64,000 nucleotides of DNA from Clostridia bacterium (GTDB taxonomy: Bacteria; Bacillota; Clostridia; Oscillospirales; CAG-272). This document shows, piece by piece, positions 43,664-53,246 of this stretch; the first letter of the stretch is position 1, and every line of letters begins with the position of its first letter. The stretch spans positions 17,310 to 81,309 of the forward strand of contig JAFTLJ010000014.1 in NCBI GenBank assembly GCA_017456005.1, given 5' to 3'. A model generated the notes under the pieces. The model was not told the DNA's origin and did not search any database. It saw only the letters and a program-made list of their open reading frames with translations. A program made the translations under genes and the position numbers.

Positions 43664-44116
43664 TTACGTATTATTTTGATTGGAGAGCAGTGCAGTAAAA
43701 GACAATTCCAAGATAGGACTGGGGAAGTTTTCTTCTATCCACCCCATCCTTTTACTGTCGTTATCAAACCAAACTAAAAAATCCACATTTTTATCGGGGG
43801 CAAATGCATTTGAACGGTCAAAGCATGGTCCGCTTATCTTGCCGTTTAATAATGTGCCAACAATATGATACCATCCGCCGTAATTATCCTTTTCGTTGGT
43901 TGTACCGAATACTTCTCCCGGCTTTCGGGGATCAATCCCTAAGCTGTTTAGAAAATCTACAACAGCAGCCGAGCAAGACATAATTGCATTAGGAAAACGT
44001 TGACAACGTTCGCAAGAGCATACTTCACTTGTTGTGAAGGAGAAATTACTTGTATAATAAGCTCTTGTTTTTTCAACATCTACATCAACCGTATATCTAC
44101 CGAATTGAAATATCAC
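43664..44116 (-). CDS. hypothetical protein
   Basis: 150-aa ORF with a GTG start 8 nt after GGAGG. The composition is realistic. No family was recognised. Confidence 0.6.
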   Translation of the reverse strand: MIFQFGRYTVDVDVEKTRAYYTSNFSFTTSEVCSCERCQRFPNAIMSCSAAVVDFLNSLGIDPRKPGEVFGTTNEKDNYGGWYHIVGTLLNGKISGPCFDRSNAFAPDKNVDFLVWFDNDSKRMGWIEENFPSPILELSFTALLSNQNNT

Positions 44117-44130
44117 CTGTATATCCTCCT

Positions 44131-44461
44131 TTTATCGCCAGTTTCGCCTTTGTATTACAGCGTTGCAAGCGGCGCATGCTTCGGGCAAAGCCCATACCCC
44201 TAAAGATGCACGAACGCGTCCAAAGGCTCCCTCCGGGAGGGAGCTCCCGACGAAGTCGGGTGAGGGAGAATGCGTGACAATAAAACATATCAAAACTTCA
44301 AAGTTACGCGGGCTCCTTCCGTCACGCTTCGCAGCGAACCCCCAAAGCTCATTTCATTCGCTTCGGGGAACCCCTGCCGCGTGCCACCTTCCTCCCGGAG
44401 GAAGGCTTTTTTGCTAACCCCATTATACCACAAATCGGCAGAGAAAACAAGTTCTCTGCCG
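44131..44461 (-). repeat. repeat family B, copy B2
   Basis: Collinear with 6142-6452. The core 44307-44415 differs from 6298-6405 by one substitution and one T indel. Confidence 0.85.
44422..44450 (-). promoter_or_regulatory. promoter inside repeat B2
   Basis: Minus strand reads TTGTTT-N17-TATAAT with TGG extended -10. Confidence 0.5.
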
Positions 44462-44520
44462 ATATTTTGTACCCTCTATTTCTCCGCTAAGAATGCAGAG
44501 AGAATGGCGGCTTTTCGGCT

Positions 44521-44760
44521 TTATGCAATATCATCATACATTTTTTCGTAGAATTTAAGCATCTTTTCGATGTTTTCTTCGTGCATCATAAAAGCTGTGC
44601 AAAGCTCGGAAACGTTGTTTTCTTCCGTTTCCTCGCATGCCGAGGCAACGGTGTCGTTGAGCGCGGCAAGGGTAGCGGCGGTGCTTTCTGTAAGCTCTTT
44701 TTGCAAAATTTTTATCTGTTCAAAAATTTCTCTTTTCGTAGGTGCGTTATTTTCTGTCAT
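44521..44760 (-). CDS. small acidic helical protein, co-transcribed with sigma factor
   Basis: 79-aa ORF. A strong AAGGAGG RBS overlaps the end of the upstream gene. Confidence 0.6.
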   Translation of the reverse strand: MTENNAPTKREIFEQIKILQKELTESTAATLAALNDTVASACEETEENNVSELCTAFMMHEENIEKMLKFYEKMYDDIA

Positions 44761-44776
44761 TTTCTTTCCCTCCTTG

Positions 44777-46399
44777 TCAGGGTCTTTCCCAAATGATAGT
44801 GCATATGCTTTTTGCTTCCTCTGCCGAGGGCTTTTTAAGCTTGCCTGCGGAAAAGAGCAAATATCCTATGGCGTTGGGTTTATAGATGTTTTGTTTTACG
44901 AAAGTGCGTTCTTCCTCGGAAACGGGCGCGTTTATCTGCTTGTCTGTAAATTCCGCATACTCTGCGGCGAAATCACTGCCGTATGATGCGATGGCCTTTT
45001 TTACGATGCTTTCGTTTACGATGCTTTCAAGCTTTTCGTGCTCTGCGGAAGTGAAATAGGGTATTGTAAGCCTCGGCTTGCCGTTTTCAACAGACACAAA
45101 GCCTTTTTCTGCCCACAGAGCGATAAGCTCTTTATCGTATTCGCTTGGTTCTGTGTTCTGCGTGATGATCGTGTGTATACGCCCGAGGTCGCTTATTTCC
45201 CTTGACGTTAAAGGCTTTCTGTCGGGCGTTATACAGTTTGGGTCGAACTGCTGCATACAAAGCTGGTTGTTTGACGTGTACTTGCCTGCTGCGCCGCCGG
45301 CATATTTTATATAATCCGCGATCTGCGAGGGAAGATTGGGCAGGGCTTTCAGTACCTCGTTTTTTTCAACGCTTGCCAAAATCCAATGCTTGCTGCCGTC
45401 GCCGCGAAGCGGACAGAATTTAGATACTTTGTTTTCAAACGAGCATATGAGCTTGTTTCCATAGTTGTGCGCCGCAATTTCACAAACAGCCCACATAAGT
45501 ACGTTTTCGGGTAGGTCACAGCCCATAAAGCCTATTTTTCGGATTTCTGGCAAAGCCGCTTTTGCTTCATTATAAATAATAGCGGCAACGGGGGTAAACT
45601 TCCCGAATTCGTAGCTGCTTTTTGCCGCTATGAAGTCTTCGTCCTGCACGAAGAACGTGGTGCGGTATTTTGCCGCGCCAACCTTTTCTATATATCCCAT
45701 ATAGAGTAGGTTTTCCAGCTTGTTTTCTATAAACAGGGCAGACATACAAAGTTTCTGCGCTATTTCCTCTACAGTAAGCGCTTTGCCTGCGCAAGCTATG
45801 CAAATGTTTTGCGTGAGCAGGTCGTTTCTGAGCTCGGCAATCTTTGCAATGTCGTTTAAGGTTCCGCTGAAGTATATATCGAGTTTTTTGGGTCTGTAAA
45901 TCGTATCTTTCATATCAATTCGCTCCTTTAAAGTTTTTTTTGCTTCGCCCAAATACCAGCGTACGGTGGCGGCAGGTATGCCGAAATACGCGGCTATATC
46001 CTTGCCGCTTTTGCCGTCGTAATAGAACATTATGGTTATTTCGCGCTTCATACGGCTGAGGTACATAAGCTCACGTCGGAGCTTGATATACGTTTCGCTT
46101 TTTATGAGCTCTTCCTCGAGGTTTTCTTCCGAAGCGGAATTTTCGAGCTCGTCTGCGTAGCTTGCGCTGTTCCACACGGGCTTATTTTTGCGCAGGAAAT
46201 TAGACCACGTGTAGTTGCATACGCGCCAGATATAGCCATCCATATCGGCTATATCCTTGCCCTCAAAGTCTATTTTGCAAAGTGTGAGCAAAATGCTTTG
46301 GGAAAGGTCCTCGGCGTCGTGCGTGTTGCCCGTTTTGCCGTATGCGAAACCGTATATTTTTTTAGCGTACTGTTCTGTCAGCTTTTCGGTAAAATCCAT
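44777..46399 (-). CDS. sigma-70 family (ECF-like) sigma factor with a C-terminal extension of about 370 aa
   Basis: Region 2 (DAEDLSQSILLTL) and region 4 HTH (GKDIAAYFGIPAATVRWYLGEAKKTLKE) lie in the first roughly 170 aa. Start at the ATG after GGAGG. Confidence 0.8.
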   Translation of the reverse strand: MDFTEKLTEQYAKKIYGFAYGKTGNTHDAEDLSQSILLTLCKIDFEGKDIADMDGYIWRVCNYTWSNFLRKNKPVWNSASYADELENSASEENLEEELIKSETYIKLRRELMYLSRMKREITIMFYYDGKSGKDIAAYFGIPAATVRWYLGEAKKTLKERIDMKDTIYRPKKLDIYFSGTLNDIAKIAELRNDLLTQNICIACAGKALTVEEIAQKLCMSALFIENKLENLLYMGYIEKVGAAKYRTTFFVQDEDFIAAKSSYEFGKFTPVAAIIYNEAKAALPEIRKIGFMGCDLPENVLMWAVCEIAAHNYGNKLICSFENKVSKFCPLRGDGSKHWILASVEKNEVLKALPNLPSQIADYIKYAGGAAGKYTSNNQLCMQQFDPNCITPDRKPLTSREISDLGRIHTIITQNTEPSEYDKELIALWAEKGFVSVENGKPRLTIPYFTSAEHEKLESIVNESIVKKAIASYGSDFAAEYAEFTDKQINAPVSEEERTFVKQNIYKPNAIGYLLFSAGKLKKPSAEEAKSICTIIWERP

Positions 46400-46531
46400 T
46401 TTGTGCCTCCGCTGTTTTGTGCTTTCACTATACAAGTAGCGCGAAAAGGGGAAATGTTGGAGCGTTTTTGAAAATTTTTTTGTTTTTATAAAATTATATC
46501 ACGTTTTAGGCAAAAAGGAAAGATAGAATGG

Positions 46532-47077
46532 CTATTTCTCTTTTTCAAATCTCGTTTCGCGCACGTAATCGCAAAGGCGCGTGCGCTTGCCATCGCCGCC
46601 AACCGCCGTGGGAAATAGGTTTTCTATAAGCACCGCGCCGCTATCGAAGTAAAATTCGTTCTTTTCGGCGGTTTTCCACATTTTATGTGGGAAAAAACGC
46701 TTGGCGGGCAGCAAAATTTCGCGCTCGGTACACCATATTTCGCCCGATTTGCGGTAGCAGAGCACACGTTTGCCATCGCAAAACACGTATTCGCGCGTAA
46801 GGCTGATTATTTCTTCGTCTGCGTGCGTTACGTTGAAGAACATATTCATACGCAGAGGGGCAAAGTTTCTTTTTTCGCGGCGTGGGAGCGATTTGTATTC
46901 CTCTGCCTTTTTCTCTGCTTCCTCACGGAAAAAATCGATCAGATTTTCGGCAAGCTCTGCGTAAAAGGAGTTTATTTTCTCTTTCCCCTCGAAAACGGGG
47001 TATAGCACACGGCAGGCGGCGCAGGACACGCCCAGCACGCACAGCGCGTGCTTTTTTTCTTCTGTTGTTATCTTCAT
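46532..47077 (-). CDS. hypothetical protein
   Basis: 181-aa ORF from the ATG after GGAGG (MKITTEEKKH...). The upstream extension in the ORF track is Arg/Cys-rich and implausible. Confidence 0.55.
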   Translation of the reverse strand: MKITTEEKKHALCVLGVSCAACRVLYPVFEGKEKINSFYAELAENLIDFFREEAEKKAEEYKSLPRREKRNFAPLRMNMFFNVTHADEEIISLTREYVFCDGKRVLCYRKSGEIWCTEREILLPAKRFFPHKMWKTAEKNEFYFDSGAVLIENLFPTAVGGDGKRTRLCDYVRETRFEKEK

Positions 47078-47144
47078 AGCGTACCTCCGATGTTTTTGCC
47101 TTATTATAATTATTATAAATATTCCGTGTGTTGCACAAAAATGC

Positions 47145-47501
47145 TCATTTTTTCTTTTTAAAAAGAGCGAGCGCCCCCGAGGCGAGCAAAAGCCAGCCAA
47201 ATGCCTTGCGCAGAAGCACGGGCGTGGCGAGCGAAAGCAGGTATGCGCCCAAAAACGTACCGAACACACCAGAAAGACCGAATAGCAGCGCTATCGGCAG
47301 TCGTATTTTGCGCTTTGCGAAATGTACGGCGAGGCTCGGCACGCACAGGGCAAGAAAAAAGCAGAGGTTTATGCCCTGCGCGGCAAGCTGCTCCGCCCCG
47401 CGCACGAGCGTAAGGTATATTACGAAAAGCCCTCCGCCGCCCACGCCCATCCCCGCGAGCGCGGCGGCAAAAATAGCCGCCAAAAAATCGAGAAGTGCCA
47501 T
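47145..47501 (-). CDS. TSUP (TauE/SafE) transporter, C-terminal half-size subunit
   Basis: 118-aa ORF with 4 hydrophobic segments and the motif AGMGVGGG. Confidence 0.7.
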   Translation of the reverse strand: MALLDFLAAIFAAALAGMGVGGGGLFVIYLTLVRGAEQLAAQGINLCFFLALCVPSLAVHFAKRKIRLPIALLFGLSGVFGTFLGAYLLSLATPVLLRKAFGWLLLASGALALFKKKK

Positions 47502-47502
47502 G

Positions 47503-47895
47503 TTACCTCCAAATAAGCATCGCGCCGGCGTACAGCACGAGCAGGGCGAAAATTTTTTTGAGCGCCCCTGTTTTCACCTTGTCGAGCAGCAAAGCGCCCA
47601 CATACCCACCGGCGAGCGCGGGCGGCAAATGCGGAATAGCGGCAGAAAAATCTGCCCCGCCTGCGCGCGCATATATAAAAACGGAGGAAAGCGACATGAT
47701 GAACGCCGCGCAGAGCGTTGTGGCGAATATTTCTTTCGGCGAAAGCAGATTTTTGAAAAACGGCACGTTTGCGAGGGCAAAAACGGCTATAATGCCGCCG
47801 CCCGTGCCGAAAAGCCCGTTTACCGTGCCTGCGGCAAAGCCGCAAAGCAACAGAAAAGCAATGGCGAGAAAGGGTTTTGCGGTTTTTATCCTCAT
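47503..47895 (-). CDS. TSUP (TauE/SafE) transporter, N-terminal half-size subunit
   Basis: 130-aa ORF with the motif NGLFGTGGG. Its stop lies 1 nt before the next ATG, and a GGAGG sits inside its 3' end. Confidence 0.7.
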   Translation of the reverse strand: MRIKTAKPFLAIAFLLLCGFAAGTVNGLFGTGGGIIAVFALANVPFFKNLLSPKEIFATTLCAAFIMSLSSVFIYARAGGADFSAAIPHLPPALAGGYVGALLLDKVKTGALKKIFALLVLYAGAMLIWR

Positions 47896-48038
47896 TTTGT
47901 TGCTCCGTTAAAAAATAAAATTAAATATTTGTTGTGTTTTCTGTTATTTTGTGCTATAATTAATTTGTTATACTTTGCACATTTGTGGCGCGGCGTAGGC
48001 GTGCCGCGCAAATGACCACGCAGAAAGGAAGATGAGAA

Positions 48039-51000
48039 ATGGCAAAAAACGAAAAAGATGCAAAAAACGCATCTGCAAATAAAAGCAAAAAGAAAAAAGT
48101 AGACGTCCCCTATGAAACGCTTGACGGCTACGATACAAAGCAAGGCAAAAAAGGTGCAGACCTTTCTTCCTCCGTATATTTTATGGTTTCCGCCGTGCTC
48201 GTGGCGGTGGCGCTGTTCATACTTATTTGCTACGGTTTCCCCGAAACCTGCGGCTTTATAGGTGAATGGACAAAGAGGATAATGTTCGGTATGTTCGCAG
48301 GCGGCGCGATACTCGTGCCCATACTTATGCTGGCGCAGGCATTTTACCTTAAGCGCGATGCGGCAAAGGGGAAAATTTTCTACCGCCCGCTTTTCTCGCT
48401 CGTGGCGGTGCTCACAATATCTGCGCTGCTGCACGCGATATTTGCCGGCTTTACAGAGGCAATAAAAATAAATATAACGCAGATGACTCTTGTTAAAATA
48501 GCAGACTTTTTCGAGCACGGTACGCGCCTCGTGGGCGGCGGCGTGTTCGGCGGCGTGCTGGGCACGCTCATAATGTCTGCCGTAGGCATAACGGGCACGA
48601 TAATTTTGGCTGTTTTGCTTATACTTTTCTCCTGTATATTCCTTTTCGGCTTTACGCCGCGCACGTTTATAAAGAGCGTGAGATATAAATATTTCAAATT
48701 CTGCGAAAACAGAGCCATAAAGAAGCAGCAGAAGGAAGAAGCCGCGGCAAAGGCGCTGGAAGAGCGCAAAAAGGCAGAGGCGGCGGCGCGTGTGCGCGAG
48801 GAACGCAAACGTGCGGAAGCGGCGGCGCGTGAACGCGAGCTGCGCGCAAAGGAAGAGGAGGAAAACCGCGAAATAGAGCGTATGCGCAAGGATACGCAGG
48901 CTCACCGCCAGCGTGCGGAGGAGCTGCGCCGCGCTAATACTGCGGCAAAATCCGTCGGCAAAAAAAGCCATGGCGATATAGACGAGATATTCGCAGAGGA
49001 TTTTGCGGAGGCAAAGCCCAAAAAGGCACGCGCGGAAGCGCCCAAAGCGCCTGCGGTAAAAGAAGAAAAAGAAGAAAATGACGACGACATAGAGTTTTAT
49101 GGTGAATCTGTAGCTGAATTCTGGCGCAAAAACGACCCCGACACAGAAACAACTTTCGAAGCTGAACCCGAAGAGGGCGAAGGCGAAGAGCCTGAGGTGC
49201 ACGTTTTCGCGGAAGAGGACATCATAGCAGAGCAGGGCTTCAAAGCGGAGGATACATACGCAGAGGAGTATGAAGAGGAGGAAGACCTTTTCGAGCTGCC
49301 CGAGTATGAGGAAGAAATACCTGAGCCCACCCCCGTACCTGCAGAAGAGCCGGAGGACCTGCCCGAAGATACCATACCGTGGGAAGAGATCGTAGGCGAG
49401 GAAGAAAAGCCCACGCCCGTTCAAGCGAAGAGGGAAGAACCGCTGGAAGATAAACTGCGCAAAACGCTGGACGGCGCGCGCAGAAATATGGGCACGCCCA
49501 ACCCCACAAGAACACAGGCCGCCCCCGTACAGGAAAAAGCACCGGTTGCCCCCGCCGTTATCGCGGCAGAGCCTGCGCCCGAGCCCGAGCCCAAAGTGCC
49601 TGAATACGTTTTCCCGCCAATAGAACTGCTTAAGCAGGACCCCGGCAAGGTGGGTGATGACAGCGACGAGCTCCATATGAACGCAGAAAAGCTCGTGGCT
49701 ACACTTCGCAGCTTCAACGTTCGCGCAAAGATAGTGGACGTTTCTCGCGGACCTACGATAACACGATATGAAATAGGCCTCGAAGCGGGCACGCGCGTGC
49801 GCACCATAATGAACCTTGTAGACGATATTTCCTATGCTCTCGCCACAAACGGTGTGCGTATAGAGGGTGTTATACCCGGCAAGAGCGCTATAGGCATAGA
49901 GGTGCCGAACGGCTCTGCAGAAACCGTTTATTTGCGCAGCCTTTTGGAGGATACGAAGTTTACGGAAGCCAAAAGCAAGCTCACCACGGCGCTCGGCAAG
50001 AGCGTTTCGGGCGACAATATTTACCTCGATATTTCCAAAATGCCCCATTTGCTTATCGCAGGTACAACGGGTTCGGGTAAATCCGTATGTATAAACACTA
50101 TTCTCGTAAGCCTTCTTTACAAGGCAACGCCCGAGGAAGTCAAGCTCGTGCTCGTAGACCCGAAGAAGGTAGAGCTTAACGTATACAATGGTATACCCCA
50201 CCTTCTCGTGCCCGTTGTTTTCGACCCGAAAAAGGCGGCGGGTGCGCTCCACTGGTGCGTGACTGAAATGGAACGCCGCTTTGACCTTATCGAATCTATG
50301 AACGTGCGCAACCTCGACGGCTACAACAAAGCAATAGAGGGCGACCCCACAAAGGAAAAGCTGCCTAGAATCGTTATAGTTATAGACGAGCTTGCCGACC
50401 TTATGATGACAGCCTCCAACGAGGTAGAAACGTCTATTTGCCGTATCGCGCAGAAGGCGCGTGCCGCAGGCATGCACCTTATTATAGGTACACAGCGCCC
50501 GTCTGTCGACGTTATCACGGGTCTTATAAAGGCAAACGTGCCCTCGCGTATAGCGTTTACGGTTATGTCGCAGGTAGACAGCCGTACTATCATAGATACC
50601 ACAGGCGCGGAAAAGCTCATAGGCCGCGGCGATATGCTCTTTGCCCCCGTTGGCTGTACAAAGCCCATGCGTGCGCAGGGCGCGTTCGTTTCCGACGCGG
50701 AGCTTGAAAGCATTATAGACTTTATAAAAGAAAACGCTAAAAAAGCGGAATATTCCGATGAGATTATTGCCCGTATAGAAAAAGAAGCGGCGCTTTGCGG
50801 CAAAAAGGGCAAGGCTCGCGAAGAAGCCGAGGATATGGACGACGGCGAGGAAGAGGTGGACCCCAAGCTCGACAGCGCGATAAAGCTTGCTGTGGAGGAG
50901 GGCAAGATCTCCACTTCGCTTATCCAGCGCAGACTTTCGCTTGGCTATGGCAGAGCCGCGAAGCTCATAGACGTTATGGAGCGCCGCGGCATAGTGGGCG

Positions 51001-51158
51001 CACCGGACGGTCAGCGCCCTCGCGAGGTGCTCATAACCAAGGAACAGTACCTTGAAATGCAGATGCGCAGCGACGGCGCTGTGGGCGCTACCGCTATGAG
51101 CGAGGCAGAGGAAGAGGTCGCGCTTTCGCGCGAGGACTTCCCCGAGGACGAAATTTAA
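48039..51158 (+). CDS. ftsK: DNA translocase FtsK/SpoIIIE
   Basis: 1039-aa ORF. It has N-terminal TM helices, a charged low-complexity linker, a motor domain (GTTGSGKSVCIN, VVIDELADL) and a gamma wHTH domain. Confidence 0.95.
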   Translation: MAKNEKDAKNASANKSKKKKVDVPYETLDGYDTKQGKKGADLSSSVYFMVSAVLVAVALFILICYGFPETCGFIGEWTKRIMFGMFAGGAILVPILMLAQAFYLKRDAAKGKIFYRPLFSLVAVLTISALLHAIFAGFTEAIKINITQMTLVKIADFFEHGTRLVGGGVFGGVLGTLIMSAVGITGTIILAVLLILFSCIFLFGFTPRTFIKSVRYKYFKFCENRAIKKQQKEEAAAKALEERKKAEAAARVREERKRAEAAARERELRAKEEEENREIERMRKDTQAHRQRAEELRRANTAAKSVGKKSHGDIDEIFAEDFAEAKPKKARAEAPKAPAVKEEKEENDDDIEFYGESVAEFWRKNDPDTETTFEAEPEEGEGEEPEVHVFAEEDIIAEQGFKAEDTYAEEYEEEEDLFELPEYEEEIPEPTPVPAEEPEDLPEDTIPWEEIVGEEEKPTPVQAKREEPLEDKLRKTLDGARRNMGTPNPTRTQAAPVQEKAPVAPAVIAAEPAPEPEPKVPEYVFPPIELLKQDPGKVGDDSDELHMNAEKLVATLRSFNVRAKIVDVSRGPTITRYEIGLEAGTRVRTIMNLVDDISYALATNGVRIEGVIPGKSAIGIEVPNGSAETVYLRSLLEDTKFTEAKSKLTTALGKSVSGDNIYLDISKMPHLLIAGTTGSGKSVCINTILVSLLYKATPEEVKLVLVDPKKVELNVYNGIPHLLVPVVFDPKKAAGALHWCVTEMERRFDLIESMNVRNLDGYNKAIEGDPTKEKLPRIVIVIDELADLMMTASNEVETSICRIAQKARAAGMHLIIGTQRPSVDVITGLIKANVPSRIAFTVMSQVDSRTIIDTTGAEKLIGRGDMLFAPVGCTKPMRAQGAFVSDAELESIIDFIKENAKKAEYSDEIIARIEKEAALCGKKGKAREEAEDMDDGEEEVDPKLDSAIKLAVEEGKISTSLIQRRLSLGYGRAAKLIDVMERRGIVGAPDGQRPREVLITKEQYLEMQMRSDGAVGATAMSEAEEEVALSREDFPEDEI

Positions 51159-51221
51159 AGAAGGAAATTCGGTGCTTTATGCGCCGAATTTCCCAAAGTT
51201 TACGGAAGAAAGGTGTTAGAA

Positions 51222-51902
51222 ATGAGCAAACTTATTGCTGTGGAGGGCCTCGACGGCTCGGGAAAGGGAACGCAATCGGAGCTGCTTTACAAAACGCTTA
51301 CGGAAAGATATGAAAAAGTAAAGCTTCTTTCCTTCCCCGATTACGATAACCCCTCCTCCACGCTCGTAAAGATGTACCTTGACGGCGAATTCGGCAGAAA
51401 GCCGAGCGACGTTAATGCATACGCCGCCACGATGTTCTTTGCGGCAGACCGCTATGCCTCCTACAAAAAATTCTGGCAGACGGATTATGAAAAAGAGGAT
51501 ACGGTTATTCTGGCGAACAGATATACCACCTCAAACGCGATACATCAGCTTTGCAAGCTGCCAAAAGAGCAGTGGGGCGAATTTTTGCCTTGGCTTTGCG
51601 ATTTTGAGTTCACAAAGCTCGGCTTGCCCGCGCCGGGGCTCGTTATTTACCTGGAGGTCACTCCCGAGGTAACGCTTGAATACGTGCGCAAGCGCAGCGC
51701 GGAAACGGGCAGAAAAATGGACATTCACGAGCTTGACCCCGAGTATATGGCGCACTGCTACGAAGCGGCGCTCTATGCGGCGGAAAAAATGGGCTGGGTG
51801 CGCATACGTTGCTGTGATGCCACGGGCAAAAAGCTTTTGCCTATAGAAGAGATACACGCTATGGTGCTTTCTGCCGCGGAAAAATACCTTGAAAGAGGCT
51901 GA
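51222..51902 (+). CDS. thymidylate kinase family protein
   Basis: P-loop VEGLDGSGKGTQ and a dTMP-kinase-like layout. Confidence 0.7.
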   Translation: MSKLIAVEGLDGSGKGTQSELLYKTLTERYEKVKLLSFPDYDNPSSTLVKMYLDGEFGRKPSDVNAYAATMFFAADRYASYKKFWQTDYEKEDTVILANRYTTSNAIHQLCKLPKEQWGEFLPWLCDFEFTKLGLPAPGLVIYLEVTPEVTLEYVRKRSAETGRKMDIHELDPEYMAHCYEAALYAAEKMGWVRIRCCDATGKKLLPIEEIHAMVLSAAEKYLERG

Positions 51903-51904
51903 AG

Positions 51905-52690
51905 ATGGAAAATATAAAAGAAAAACTTGCCATTCGCTTCCCCGAAACGGAGGCAGAATGGGCGCAAATTATAAAAAATCAATGCGAAATATTTGGCGAC
52001 AGCACAGCCTTCTACGATGACCTTTATATCTGGGCAGGCAAAAAATGCACGCTCGCCGCTTTCTGCGGCGAAAAGCCCGTGGGCGCGGTAAGCTTCCCCG
52101 AAATAACGTATCCCGAAAAAGACAAAATTTACACAGGCGGCTATATTTTTGCCGCTTGGGTAGCGCCCGAATACCGCGGAAACGGCATTTTTGCCGAGCT
52201 TATGGCGGCGGCCGAGGGCGTTATGCGCGAGCGCGGATATGAGTTTGCTTTTGTTGTGCCTGCAGAGGAAAGGCTTTTTTCCCTGTACGAAAAAATTGGC
52301 TACACGGCAAAGGTAAAAAACGGCTTCCCCTACAAAGCACCGCGCGAAATCTTGCGCGAATATAACCCAACGGACGATATTTATATGCTTTGGAAGGTAT
52401 ATTCCCGTGTGCACGATATGTTCGCAAAGGATATGGAATTTTTCAACCACACCTTGCAGGTTATGGAGGCAGAGGGCAAATGCTTTGCCATTTCCAAGCG
52501 CGGTTACATTGTTTATGCTCCTTGCTACGATAACACCGTCACCGTATACGACCGCATGGAAAACGGCAGTCTTGTGGGCGGCAAAGGCGCCGTTCGCGGC
52601 CTTTGCAAAGCCTTTGGCACGGAAAAAACGTTTGAAAACAGCGTTTTCAATATGTTTTTTGAGCCTGCATACGAAATATTAAAAAAATAA
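51905..52690 (+). CDS. GNAT family N-acetyltransferase
   Basis: Acetyl-CoA motif region VAPEYRGNGIFAELM. Confidence 0.65.
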   Translation: MENIKEKLAIRFPETEAEWAQIIKNQCEIFGDSTAFYDDLYIWAGKKCTLAAFCGEKPVGAVSFPEITYPEKDKIYTGGYIFAAWVAPEYRGNGIFAELMAAAEGVMRERGYEFAFVVPAEERLFSLYEKIGYTAKVKNGFPYKAPREILREYNPTDDIYMLWKVYSRVHDMFAKDMEFFNHTLQVMEAEGKCFAISKRGYIVYAPCYDNTVTVYDRMENGSLVGGKGAVRGLCKAFGTEKTFENSVFNMFFEPAYEILKK

Positions 52691-52702
52691 AGGAGCTGTT
52701 TT

Positions 52703-53245
52703 ATGAAAAAAGTTATTGTTTTTCTTGCCGACGGTACGGAAGAAGTAGAGGTGCTCACACCTGTTGATATGCTTAGGCGCGCAGGGGCGGAGGTAACGCT
52801 TGCCGGCGTGCCCGAAATGGTATGCACCTGCTCCCATAATGTGAAAATAACGGCAGACGCGCAGGCGTGCGACTGCGTTTACAGCGAATACGATATGGTC
52901 GTGCTCCCCGGCGGTATGCCCGGCACGCTGAACCTCGGCGCGAGTGAGGACGTAAAGAAAATTACGGCAAAAGCATATGCGGGCGGCAAATTCGTGGCGG
53001 CTATATGCGCCGCACCCTCTGTGCTCGGCGAAATGGGCTTGCTCGCGGGCAAGCGTGCCACATGCTACCCCGGGTTTGAAGAAAAGCTTACCGGCGCTTG
53101 CGTAGTGCGCGAAAAAGCCGTGCGCGACGGCAATATTATAACGTCCTGCGGCGCAGGCGCGGCTATGGAATTTTCCCTTTTGCTCGTAGAGGCGCTTTAC
53201 GGCAGTGAAACGAGCGAAAATTTAAGAAAGGCGGTTTTTGCTTGA
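52703..53245 (+). CDS. DJ-1/PfpI family protein
   Basis: Nucleophile-elbow motif AAICAAP, 180 aa. Confidence 0.85.
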   Translation: MKKVIVFLADGTEEVEVLTPVDMLRRAGAEVTLAGVPEMVCTCSHNVKITADAQACDCVYSEYDMVVLPGGMPGTLNLGASEDVKKITAKAYAGGKFVAAICAAPSVLGEMGLLAGKRATCYPGFEEKLTGACVVREKAVRDGNIITSCGAGAAMEFSLLLVEALYGSETSENLRKAVFA

Positions 53246-53246
53246 A

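Noticed and set aside
47128-48015. 295-aa plus-strand ORF and several Arg/Ala-rich ORFs overlapping the TSUP genes.
   Set aside because: These are low-complexity Arg/Ala/Pro translations antisense to two well-formed membrane-protein ORFs with RBS coupling.
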